A DNA stretch of 64,000 nt, from positions 43,402 to 107,401 of the IMG/VR virus record IMGVR_UViG_3300032053_000016, one strand, 5' to 3'. Below are positions 28,248 through 36,341 of this stretch, in pieces. The DNA is from a virus. The notes under the pieces were generated by a model. The model saw only the letters and a list, made by a program, of their open reading frames with translations. It was not told the origin of the DNA and ran no database searches. How positions within the stretch are numbered: the first letter of the stretch is position 1; every line of letters starts with the position of its first letter. The position numbers were made by a program, and so were the translations under genes.

Positions 28248-29180
28248 TCACGCAAGTCTCTGGAAGTAGTGCTCGATCGTGAGCTCAAGCCCGCGAGTGA
28301 ACGTCGTGAACCGACTAGGATCGATGTCACTCTCGATCCAGTAACGACGGTCATGTCCAAGTCGATCGGCAACAAACACAACGTTCGCGTTTGGGATCAT
28401 CCCGAGCTCACGGTAGCGATCGTCTACCTGTTTGATGATGGCGACGTTGGTGTCTGTGTAACCAGACGAGATGTTCAGGATCTTGTTTGTCACACCTGAG
28501 ACGATGGTATCACGGATCGCTCTGACAGTATCTCCCACATACGTCCACTCACGACGTTGCATGCCGTCTCCGTAGAGAGGGAAGTCCCGCACGGTGATCA
28601 TCGCCTCCAACAGCTTGGGGAGGAACTTCTCTTTGTGCTGGCGCGGGCCAAAGTTGTTCGAAGGACGAAAGATGAGGTACGGCTGCTTGTACGTGTTGTG
28701 ATACGCGAGCAACATCATGTCGGCGGCTGCCTTCGTGGCCGAGTATGGGTTGCGTGGGCGCAACGGATCAGTGGTCACGTAACCTCGATCGCAACCCAAC
28801 GCGTCACCGTAGACCTCATCGGTCGACAACTGACAGAACAGAGCGTTGTAATGACGTGCAACATCCATGAGCGCAGAAGCGCCGTGAAGGTTTGTTCGGA
28901 TGAACGGCTCGCTGTCGTTGATCGAGTTGTCGACATGTGTCTCGGCAGCGAAGTTGACGATGACGTCGAACCCACCTTGGAGAAAAACTGTGTTCATCGC
29001 ATGCTTGTCACATATATCAAGCTGTTTGAACTCGAACTTCCCCCACGACTCAGACAGGTTCTTCAGGTTGCCAGCGTACGTCAGCTTGTCAACGACGGTG
29101 ACGTTGTCACCACAGGACACGAAATGATCAACCGCGTGGGAACCGATGAAACCTGCGCCGCCTGTCAGAAGAACCTTCAT
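28248..29180 (-). CDS. rmlB: dTDP-glucose 4,6-dehydratase
   Basis: TGGAGFIGS, DKLTYAGN, FAAETHVDNS, STDEVYG, PYSATKA. Confidence 0.93.
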   Translation of the reverse strand: MKVLLTGGAGFIGSHAVDHFVSCGDNVTVVDKLTYAGNLKNLSESWGKFEFKQLDICDKHAMNTVFLQGGFDVIVNFAAETHVDNSINDSEPFIRTNLHGASALMDVARHYNALFCQLSTDEVYGDALGCDRGYVTTDPLRPRNPYSATKAAADMMLLAYHNTYKQPYLIFRPSNNFGPRQHKEKFLPKLLEAMITVRDFPLYGDGMQRREWTYVGDTVRAIRDTIVSGVTNKILNISSGYTDTNVAIIKQVDDRYRELGMIPNANVVFVADRLGHDRRYWIESDIDPSRFTTFTRGLELTIEHYFQRLA

Positions 29181-30067
29181 GCGGTCTTATCGTAGTTCTC
29201 TACGCACCAGTCGATGACCTCTTCAGCCGTGCGTGGGTGGTAGCCGGTGCTCTTCAACTTCTCGATGTTGAGCACCGTGTTTACACGCTTTACCTCGATG
29301 GAGTCAAGGTACTCCTGGTAATCGACCGGCTGTGGATCGAGCTTCGGGTTGAGCTTCACGAGCTTGACCGCGATCTGATACGGCGAGATGGTGCCTTCGT
29401 TCGCGCAGTTGAAAATGCCAGTGGCTCTGACCTTCAACAGGTGATCCACCATGTCGCAGAAGTTCTCGATGCAAGTGATGGAGTTGGCGCTCTCGATGAA
29501 CCGCGCGGGGGCTGGCACGCTCAGGAACTTCGTCAGAAGGTTCGTCTTGTATGGGATGGCGCTGACCAGCTGCCGCGGTCGCAGGATCAGCACAGGCACG
29601 TCCAGCTTCGCGTTGAGGATCATCTTGTCTGCTTCGGCTTTGGAGAAAGCGTAGAAGCTCGCCGGCGTGGGCTCGTCCTCCTCGCTGTACTCCTTTTCGG
29701 TTCCCATTCCGTCGAACACGCAACCTGATGAGATGTGGATGAGCTTCCACCCGAGTGCGTCGCAAGCTTCGGCGACGTTGAGCGCGCCGAGGGTGTTGAC
29801 CGCGTAGCATTCCTCCTTGTTGTGTTCACAATATTCAAGATTAATGAGAGCTGCTGTGTTGATGACGACGGGGTTGAGACTGTCCACCACATGGTCAAGG
29901 TCGCCCTTTGCTCGAAGGGCGAGAACTGCCTTGTCATGCGCCGCTTTCATGACCTTCGCGAGCTTCAACGGCTTGTCCGTGATCTCGATGTCCTTGTGAC
30001 CAAGAACAACGTCTCCGGGTTTCTTGAGTTGCTGCGCGAGCTTGCCGTTGCCGATGATGATCCTCAT
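29177..30067 (-). CDS. rmlD: dTDP-4-keto-6-deoxysugar reductase (RmlD-like)
   Basis: GNGKL, VINTAA, HISSGCVFDG, YAFSK; lies between rmlA and rmlB. Confidence 0.85.
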   Translation of the reverse strand: MRIIIGNGKLAQQLKKPGDVVLGHKDIEITDKPLKLAKVMKAAHDKAVLALRAKGDLDHVVDSLNPVVINTAALINLEYCEHNKEECYAVNTLGALNVAEACDALGWKLIHISSGCVFDGMGTEKEYSEEDEPTPASFYAFSKAEADKMILNAKLDVPVLILRPRQLVSAIPYKTNLLTKFLSVPAPARFIESANSITCIENFCDMVDHLLKVRATGIFNCANEGTISPYQIAVKLVKLNPKLDPQPVDYQEYLDSIEVKRVNTVLNIEKLKSTGYHPRTAEEVIDWCVENYDKTA

Positions 30068-30846
30068 TTGAACTCCTTTGTGACCTTCGAAATGAGGTCT
30101 ATGTCTTCTTTGAACGCACGATTGCGCATCATCTCAGTCGCGCGCTGGTAACTTTCATGTGTTCCAGCATCGACCCACCCGTCTTCCACACGGAAAACAT
30201 GACCAGTGTGAAACGCGGACTTGACATACGCCGAGTTGACGTCGGAGATCTCGTACTCACCACGCGCGGACGGTCTGAGCCGCTTGATGATCTGGAAGAC
30301 GTCAGCGGAGTACAGGTACAACCCAAGCACCGCGTCAGAGCTTGGTAGCACGTCAGGCTTCTCGACAATGTCTTCAAGACCACCGTCGACACCGTACTTT
30401 GCCACACCGAAACGCTTCGCGTCCGGCAACTCCTTCACAAAGAGACCAAAGTCCGTCTTCTTGTCTTGGGCAAAGAACGCGATGTCAGCCGCCACGTCGT
30501 CCACGTTTTCAAAGATGTTATCGCCGAGGATGACGGCAAATCGATCCTGTCCAACAAAGTTTTCGCATAGACCAAGCGCAGCAGCGATGCCGTTCGCGTT
30601 GTCTTGAACCCTGTACGTCATCTGACACCCGTACTCCGAGCCTGAGCCGAGCAACGACATGATCGCTCCAACATGCTCAGTGCCAGTGACAAGCATGATG
30701 TCAGTGATGCCAGCTTTGAGGAACACGTTGAGAATGTGCACGATGATCGGCACCTCACCCATCGGTAGCAACGCCTTGTTGGTCACCCGTGTCAATGGGT
30801 AGAGTCGAGAACCAGTGCCGCCTGCGAGAATGACGCCCTTCATCAA
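30064..30846 (-). CDS. rmlA: glucose-1-phosphate thymidylyltransferase
   Basis: ILAGGTGSRLYPLT..NK, LGDNIF, EKP, RGEYEISD, WVDAGT. Confidence 0.92.
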   Translation of the reverse strand: MMKGVILAGGTGSRLYPLTRVTNKALLPMGEVPIIVHILNVFLKAGITDIMLVTGTEHVGAIMSLLGSGSEYGCQMTYRVQDNANGIAAALGLCENFVGQDRFAVILGDNIFENVDDVAADIAFFAQDKKTDFGLFVKELPDAKRFGVAKYGVDGGLEDIVEKPDVLPSSDAVLGLYLYSADVFQIIKRLRPSARGEYEISDVNSAYVKSAFHTGHVFRVEDGWVDAGTHESYQRATEMMRNRAFKEDIDLISKVTKEFK

Positions 30847-31913
30847 CGCGAAATATAGCGCTTTGTTTGGGAACTACTTCGAATCGCCATCAAGAGGTTG
30901 AAGTCAGTCCACCCTTGAGATACATCGTACTTGAGACGCTGACCTCCTTGTGTGATGACATGATCAGCGAAGTTGTCGACTAGAACTTTGAGCGCTTCCT
31001 GTTGATCGTTGAGATGATCAGTCTGAGCTTCCCAAGCGTGTGTCTCCAAAAGAGGACCGTCTGGTTTGTAGAGCTCACCGAGGATCGACTGCGTCTTTCC
31101 GGCGAAGCGGCCTGGGTTGACCCTGACAAGCATGGTTGAGTGGTCGGGTCCTTCAAGAGCCACCCTGATGTTGAGATCGTTGTCGTGGTTCACGATCGAA
31201 GCGCACGACGTGTAGATGCGCAACGAGCATGGAGAACGATACTTGCAACGGTTGTAGAGTGAGCTGAAGTTGTAGATGGCCACCTCGCCGGTAGCGAATC
31301 GGATCTGCCCGCTCTCCCAGTTCTCTGTGTGTCCGTGCTGTGACACGCCGTTGCCGTCTTTGAACGACGCCATTGGGACGCCGTGCGACATGCCGCAGAC
31401 CTCGATCGGCACCTTGTCGAAGCCGATGTAGCGTCGAAGCTGCGCGAGACCATGGTACTCGAACGTGCGAAAGTCGTTGACAACCGTGTGAGGCTTGCCG
31501 TATCGGCTATGACCTAACACGTTCATCTTGAACTGCTCAGACGGCAGCCAAGGCGTCTGCTCGGCGATCTGAAAAGGAATACCCTTCTTCTCGGCCTTGG
31601 TGACCACGTCCTTGGTCCAAACAGGCGTCTCGGCCATCAACGGCTTGCCGTAATCGAGGCATCGTAAAGCGATCTCAGTGAGCGCCGAGGAGTTGACCGC
31701 GATGACGAGCGCGTCGCTCGAGCGCGCCAACCTGTCGAGATCCGCGTAACGTGTGTACCCAAACGCATCGATGAGCTTTTGGCCTTTCGCGAGGTCGCGG
31801 TTCCAGAACCCGCTCACTTCGATGTCGTTGTTGGAGTTGAGGACAGGTGCGTACATGTCGTGCACACGTTTGCCTGCTCCAACGATGCCGATTCGTAGCT
31901 TGCCAACTGTCAT
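30843..31913 (-). CDS. Gfo/Idh/MocA oxidoreductase
   Basis: LRIGIVGAG Rossmann fold; AETP motif. Confidence 0.8.
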   Translation of the reverse strand: MTVGKLRIGIVGAGKRVHDMYAPVLNSNNDIEVSGFWNRDLAKGQKLIDAFGYTRYADLDRLARSSDALVIAVNSSALTEIALRCLDYGKPLMAETPVWTKDVVTKAEKKGIPFQIAEQTPWLPSEQFKMNVLGHSRYGKPHTVVNDFRTFEYHGLAQLRRYIGFDKVPIEVCGMSHGVPMASFKDGNGVSQHGHTENWESGQIRFATGEVAIYNFSSLYNRCKYRSPCSLRIYTSCASIVNHDNDLNIRVALEGPDHSTMLVRVNPGRFAGKTQSILGELYKPDGPLLETHAWEAQTDHLNDQQEALKVLVDNFADHVITQGGQRLKYDVSQGWTDFNLLMAIRSSSQTKRYISR

Positions 31914-32083
31914 TTTTCATCCTTCAGCAGGTCGCGAACCTGCTCCAACACCTCGTCAAGTGTGTCACGTCGACTGTCCCACGCACCCTCGCGTTCAGGA
32001 TCGGAGACGTACGGGTTGCCGCCGTAACCCACTGTCATCTCATGCTCCAACCACGCTTTCAGGTACAACAGTTTGTCGTTCAT
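31910..32083 (-). CDS. small hypothetical protein
   Basis: Manual translation MNDKLLYLKAWLEHEM... (57 aa), ATGA-coupled on both sides. Confidence 0.55.
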   Translation of the reverse strand: MNDKLLYLKAWLEHEMTVGYGGNPYVSDPEREGAWDSRRDTLDEVLEQVRDLLKDEK

Positions 32084-32811
32084 CGATCCTTCTCTCTTCG
32101 CATGACGTAACGATCGTGTAACGTCGCGTGCCCTTGCTTATCAGCGAACCGCTTCTGATACTCGTGCTCAGAAGCGAACGAGTACATGACTCTGACAGAT
32201 CCGCACGGGTTCTTGTCTGCTACGACACCGTGAAGCATTGAGGACTCGAACATCAATACGCGGTCGTTCGACGACTCAAGTACCTCGTTCTCGTACTTGG
32301 AGATGAGCATCGCGTCAAAACGCTCGTCGTTCGCCATACACCGATGCGTGCCGCGCACGAACTTCAAACGTGGTTCTGGTATCTCAAACGTCGGGTAGAA
32401 ATTGATCTTCACCACGGGGGGAAACGCGCCCACGATGGGGTTGCGATCGAACTGGTACGCGTCACGGTGCCAATCTTGGTGCGGAGGACCTGGCATCTGC
32501 TTGACAACCTGAGCGTGAACGAGCGACAGCTTACGACCCACGATGTCCTCGAGCAGATACGGGAGCTCGTTCGCGAACAAGAAATCCAAGAAGATGTCGT
32601 CGTAATCGTAGACGTTCGGGCGTAGATGAAAAACGTTCTCCATCCTCTTCTCGTAGAAGAAGCCAGCACGCACGTCGTCGTTCCACAGCTTCTCGAGCAC
32701 GTCGACCATGAGCTTGCTGGATCCATGATCCACAGGCAACAGATCGAACCCGTTGGCGTAGAACCTCTCTTGCGGTAGCAGTTTCTCCTGATCGAAGTCG
32801 ACGAGTCTCAT
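32080..32811 (-). CDS. PhyH-family 2OG-Fe(II) dioxygenase
   Basis: QDWHRD, VRGTH, MLHG, R..M.Y. Confidence 0.8.
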   Translation of the reverse strand: MRLVDFDQEKLLPQERFYANGFDLLPVDHGSSKLMVDVLEKLWNDDVRAGFFYEKRMENVFHLRPNVYDYDDIFLDFLFANELPYLLEDIVGRKLSLVHAQVVKQMPGPPHQDWHRDAYQFDRNPIVGAFPPVVKINFYPTFEIPEPRLKFVRGTHRCMANDERFDAMLISKYENEVLESSNDRVLMFESSMLHGVVADKNPCGSVRVMYSFASEHEYQKRFADKQGHATLHDRYVMRREKDR

Positions 32812-33746
32812 GTTGCTACGACGAATTTTAGCACGTCTTCGTAGGCTTTCGCACACTTCACGATGTCAACAGACGACGGATCAGCACGACGACCTTCCAT
32901 CATGAGCGGCAACGTCACTGTCGGTGTGACGTGTGGAGGATTATCGTAATCAACCAATCCAAACTTGTACTCCTCATGGTCAGAGACGACGACGCCGTAC
33001 CTCTCGCCTACCAACTCCTTGGTGCCACCTTCGCTGGAGCAGATCACGAGACATCCTTGCGAGATCGCCTCAACCACGACATTTGGACAGTGATCTAGCC
33101 ATGCGAGGTGGATCATCCAGTCAGCGATGGAGTAAACCTCTGCACACAGATCGTGACGGATGCTGCCGGCGTAGAAGATGTCCTTGTCGGCCACCTGAAC
33201 GTCGGGGTTGTTACCGAGCACGATGAGGCACGAGCTTGGATGCTGCGAAGCACGGATCGACTTGAAGACTGCGATGTTGTCGATCAGACGTTTCTGCGGG
33301 TGCCAGTTCGACGAGCAGACGAAGACCTTCTTGTAACGTTTACGGATCTCAATCAACGCTTCACTTCGCAATGTTGCAGGGGCGATCTCGATGCCGTTAG
33401 GAATGACACGCCCTGATCGTGCACCAAACCACTTCGTGGTCATCTGCTTGTCGAACTCACTCTGCCAGATGACGTAACTGGCTGCGTCATACGCGGCGTG
33501 GATGCCACGGTTCATGCCGGACGCCATTTGCTCAGGTTTAAACCAGATTCCATCGAGGCGTTGCACAAACGGCTTCTTCGGATCGAGCTTCGTTGACGGC
33601 TCGATGAACACAAGGGCGGCGTCGTAGTCGTCGGGATCGGCCACGATGTGTCCAAGGTTGCCCAAAGCTATGGCAAGTCGCTTAGCGAAGCAGTTGGGTC
33701 CGGTGTGTTCGGCGTTGAAGTCAACGCCGTCAAAAAATACCTTCAC
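32808..33746 (-). CDS. glycosyltransferase, GT-B/GT4
   Basis: QRLDG, IPNG, QKR, DHCPNVVVEAISQG..GGTKE. Confidence 0.88.
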   Translation of the reverse strand: MKVFFDGVDFNAEHTGPNCFAKRLAIALGNLGHIVADPDDYDAALVFIEPSTKLDPKKPFVQRLDGIWFKPEQMASGMNRGIHAAYDAASYVIWQSEFDKQMTTKWFGARSGRVIPNGIEIAPATLRSEALIEIRKRYKKVFVCSSNWHPQKRLIDNIAVFKSIRASQHPSSCLIVLGNNPDVQVADKDIFYAGSIRHDLCAEVYSIADWMIHLAWLDHCPNVVVEAISQGCLVICSSEGGTKELVGERYGVVVSDHEEYKFGLVDYDNPPHVTPTVTLPLMMEGRRADPSSVDIVKCAKAYEDVLKFVVAT

Positions 33747-33925
33747 GCATCCTCAGCTTTCTCTAGCGATTCCATCGCCACCTGGACTCTAAGGCTCGCT
33801 CGAACGTAGCCACCGTGATCACCATTTTCTAGGCATTCAATGGCTCGACAAATGTCTTGTTTGATCTCGAACTCCAAAAGTCGAACGTACAGATCATTGA
33901 CGTCGCTGGAGGGATCCTTCGTCAT
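33743..33925 (-). CDS. small helical protein (paralog of 33894..34076)
   Basis: RAIECLENGDHGGYV. Confidence 0.55.
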   Translation of the reverse strand: MTKDPSSDVNDLYVRLLEFEIKQDICRAIECLENGDHGGYVRASLRVQVAMESLEKAEDA

Positions 33926-34076
33926 CTCTGTACCACTTTTCGATGTTTTCACAGGTTTTAACGTAGCCTTCGATGTTCCCGGCTTCCAAACACGAGATAG
34001 CGTAAAGACACTCGCCTTCCAACATGGCTTCTTTCAACCGCACGCCGAACGTCTCACGTTTCTTATCGCACGCCAC
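33894..34076 (-). CDS. small helical protein (paralog of 33743..33925)
   Basis: YAISCLEAGNIEGYV. Confidence 0.55.
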   Translation of the reverse strand: MACDKKRETFGVRLKEAMLEGECLYAISCLEAGNIEGYVKTCENIEKWYRDDEGSLQRRQ

Positions 34077-34521
34077 GACGCTTGAGCTCGTCCATGATGT
34101 CTCCCGCGAAGCTCGACTCGCTGAACAGGCCTGCGATGAGGCGGATGTCCTGCAGTGGGACGCGATCAAGCTTGCACTTCGTGTACACGGGGTGGACGTC
34201 GTGCTTCCACGTGTCCTCTTCACGTGTGATGATCGTGCTGTCACCGATCTTGATGGTCTCGTACATCTTCTGTGCGATCCAGCAACGTGCATCCTCATGG
34301 ATGTTCTGCGATCCCTTCGCGAACACGTTGTGAACGGTCTCCGACACGCAGTCGAACATCTCCTCCATGGTGTCCTTGTCAAGTTTACGGGTGCCGTCCG
34401 CGAACTTTTGGAGCTTCATCCCGAGGTGGTACGACAACACGTCTAGAAAGCGAGGGCCTCCAGGTTTGCCAACGTTGGGCGGGATGGTGACAGGGTGGCG
34501 TGGTTTGGGTTCGTCGTTCAT
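34063..34521 (-). CDS. hypothetical protein
   Basis: 152 aa, coupled ORF. Confidence 0.65.
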   Translation of the reverse strand: MNDEPKPRHPVTIPPNVGKPGGPRFLDVLSYHLGMKLQKFADGTRKLDKDTMEEMFDCVSETVHNVFAKGSQNIHEDARCWIAQKMYETIKIGDSTIITREEDTWKHDVHPVYTKCKLDRVPLQDIRLIAGLFSESSFAGDIMDELKRRGVR

Positions 34522-35249
34522 GTGATAAATCCTCTTTTACGCAAAAATTCCGCTTCTTCTTTTTGAAAGCGAGCGTCGTCAGTCTGAAATGTAGCGGGGC
34601 TCATGTCACAACGGTAAGCGTACATTGTGATCGGCACGTGAACGCGTTTCTTAGCAAGTGCGAGCACCGGCAAGTAGATCGCTTGGTCGCCGGCACGTTT
34701 GATGTACTCGCCGTCAGCGCCGCGGTAGTTGGCGTCGAAGACATGTTTTGACACGCTCTTCTTCCAAGTCTTGAAGTGACTAGAGACCCATGGGTGTTTA
34801 TACGGGTCAACGCCAGACGGCAATGCTGCCGAGATGTTTTGGTTTGTGATCCCGTTCTGATCAAACCAGCGATGATTGCTCCAAGCAGCCTCTAGATCTG
34901 GGATCTTTTCGTAAGCAGTCGCCATGATCTCAAGTGCGTTGAGGTCACAGAGGTAGTCGTCTAGGTCGAGACGGCAGACGATATCGTCATCATCCATCTG
35001 CGACATGGCTAGGAGAACGTTGTATACCTCCCATCGCCGTTCCTTGTTGCGAACGACGCTGACTTTGTGTTCGATTCCAAGCCACGTAGAGTACGTTTCG
35101 ACTTGGTCAGCGGTGCCGTCAGTAGAGCAATCGTCCACGATCACCGCGTACCAATTGGTGTAGCTTTGACCGGCCATTGAGACAAGCGTCTGCCACATGG
35201 TCTTGACGCTGTTACGTGTGGGGATAGCGAAGGCGAATGTGACGCTCAT
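34518..35249 (-). CDS. glycosyltransferase family 2
   Basis: IPTRN, QSYTNW, VDDCSTDGT, RLDLDD. Confidence 0.9.
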   Translation of the reverse strand: MSVTFAFAIPTRNSVKTMWQTLVSMAGQSYTNWYAVIVDDCSTDGTADQVETYSTWLGIEHKVSVVRNKERRWEVYNVLLAMSQMDDDDIVCRLDLDDYLCDLNALEIMATAYEKIPDLEAAWSNHRWFDQNGITNQNISAALPSGVDPYKHPWVSSHFKTWKKSVSKHVFDANYRGADGEYIKRAGDQAIYLPVLALAKKRVHVPITMYAYRCDMSPATFQTDDARFQKEEAEFLRKRGFIT

Positions 35250-35398
35250 TTACACTCACAAGCTGGACAGCGTTTAGACTCGATCGGTTGTTCGGTGATC
35301 TTGATCATGCACACTGCTCCCTGGTACGTTGCCTTGCATTCAAACACCGAGGTGTTGTGATGACAGCCGATAAGAAACAAAAACACGAGAAACTTCAC
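35246..35398 (-). CDS. small Cys-rich putative lipoprotein
   Basis: Manual translation MKFLVFLFLIGC-HHNT...CPACECK; lipobox LIGC. Confidence 0.5.
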   Translation of the reverse strand: MKFLVFLFLIGCHHNTSVFECKATYQGAVCMIKITEQPIESKRCPACECK

Positions 35399-35568
35399 GG
35401 TGAACCATCGTTCAACTCACGCAGTAGCGCGATGAATTCCTCCAGTGTAGCGTAGTCACATCCGGCTGCGCCCGCAGCCGAATACACTTCATCAAGATCT
35501 GACAGCAACCCATCCACATCTTCGGGCGTGAGGTGGATGTCACCCTTGTCATCTGCGTAGACGTTCAC
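35395..35568 (-). CDS. small acidic hypothetical protein
   Basis: Manual translation MNVYADDKGDIHL... (57 aa), GTGA-coupled. Confidence 0.5.
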   Translation of the reverse strand: MNVYADDKGDIHLTPEDVDGLLSDLDEVYSAAGAAGCDYATLEEFIALLRELNDGSP

Positions 35569-36341
35569 CAGTCCCAGGTCTCCGACACCACACTCAGCTT
35601 CGCCTTGTTGGCGACAGCGCCTTCACGTGTGAGAAGCAGTTGCCCGTAACGGATCTTCTCGTCTGGCCAGCGACGATCGTCAAAGAAGACGCGACGATCC
35701 ATGATGATGAGCTCACTGCTCACGTCGGCAGGCAGATCGCACTCCTCAAGCGCTTCGTGCACCTGGATCGCAGCGTCGGTGCCCTTGTCCATGTGCCAGT
35801 CGTCGAAGAGGCAGAAGCAGGACCACATGTCTTTCACACCCTCCCAGTCGCCACGGACCGCAGGAGCTGTGTGATCACCGTCGATGAACACGAGATCGTA
35901 CTTGTCGTTCATCTTTGGCAAGACGTCAGCCGACTTCCCACGCGCAACCTGAATGCGACTTGTCCACTCCGTTGGGAACATCTGCGCGATCATCTGCATG
36001 TGTTGATCGTCTAGCGCCGGCTCAACCACCATGACCTGCCCGTCGTTTCCAAGCTCAGCGAACGCCTTCGCGGCGCACAACGCGGAGTAACCGCGGCCGA
36101 ACCCGATCTCAAGGTACGAGTCAAGCTTGTACTTCTTGATGAGCGAGTAGATGAGCAATCCACGCTCGAGGTTGGGTTTGAAGAACGCGCCCACTGTGCG
36201 GAACAGTTCAGAGTTAGGATCACGGAGCTTCTTCGCGGTGGCTTCTCCAATGTAATCGAACTCCCCTAACGAGAGGGATTCAACCGGCATGCTGATCTCG
36301 GCGAGCTTGTCTTTGATGTTGACGTTCTTGTTGGGCTTCAT
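35565..36341 (-). CDS. class I SAM methyltransferase (Methyltransf_24-like)
   Basis: LEIGFGRGYS, YDLVFIDGDH, FDDW. Confidence 0.88.
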   Translation of the reverse strand: MKPNKNVNIKDKLAEISMPVESLSLGEFDYIGEATAKKLRDPNSELFRTVGAFFKPNLERGLLIYSLIKKYKLDSYLEIGFGRGYSALCAAKAFAELGNDGQVMVVEPALDDQHMQMIAQMFPTEWTSRIQVARGKSADVLPKMNDKYDLVFIDGDHTAPAVRGDWEGVKDMWSCFCLFDDWHMDKGTDAAIQVHEALEECDLPADVSSELIIMDRRVFFDDRRWPDEKIRYGQLLLTREGAVANKAKLSVVSETWDW

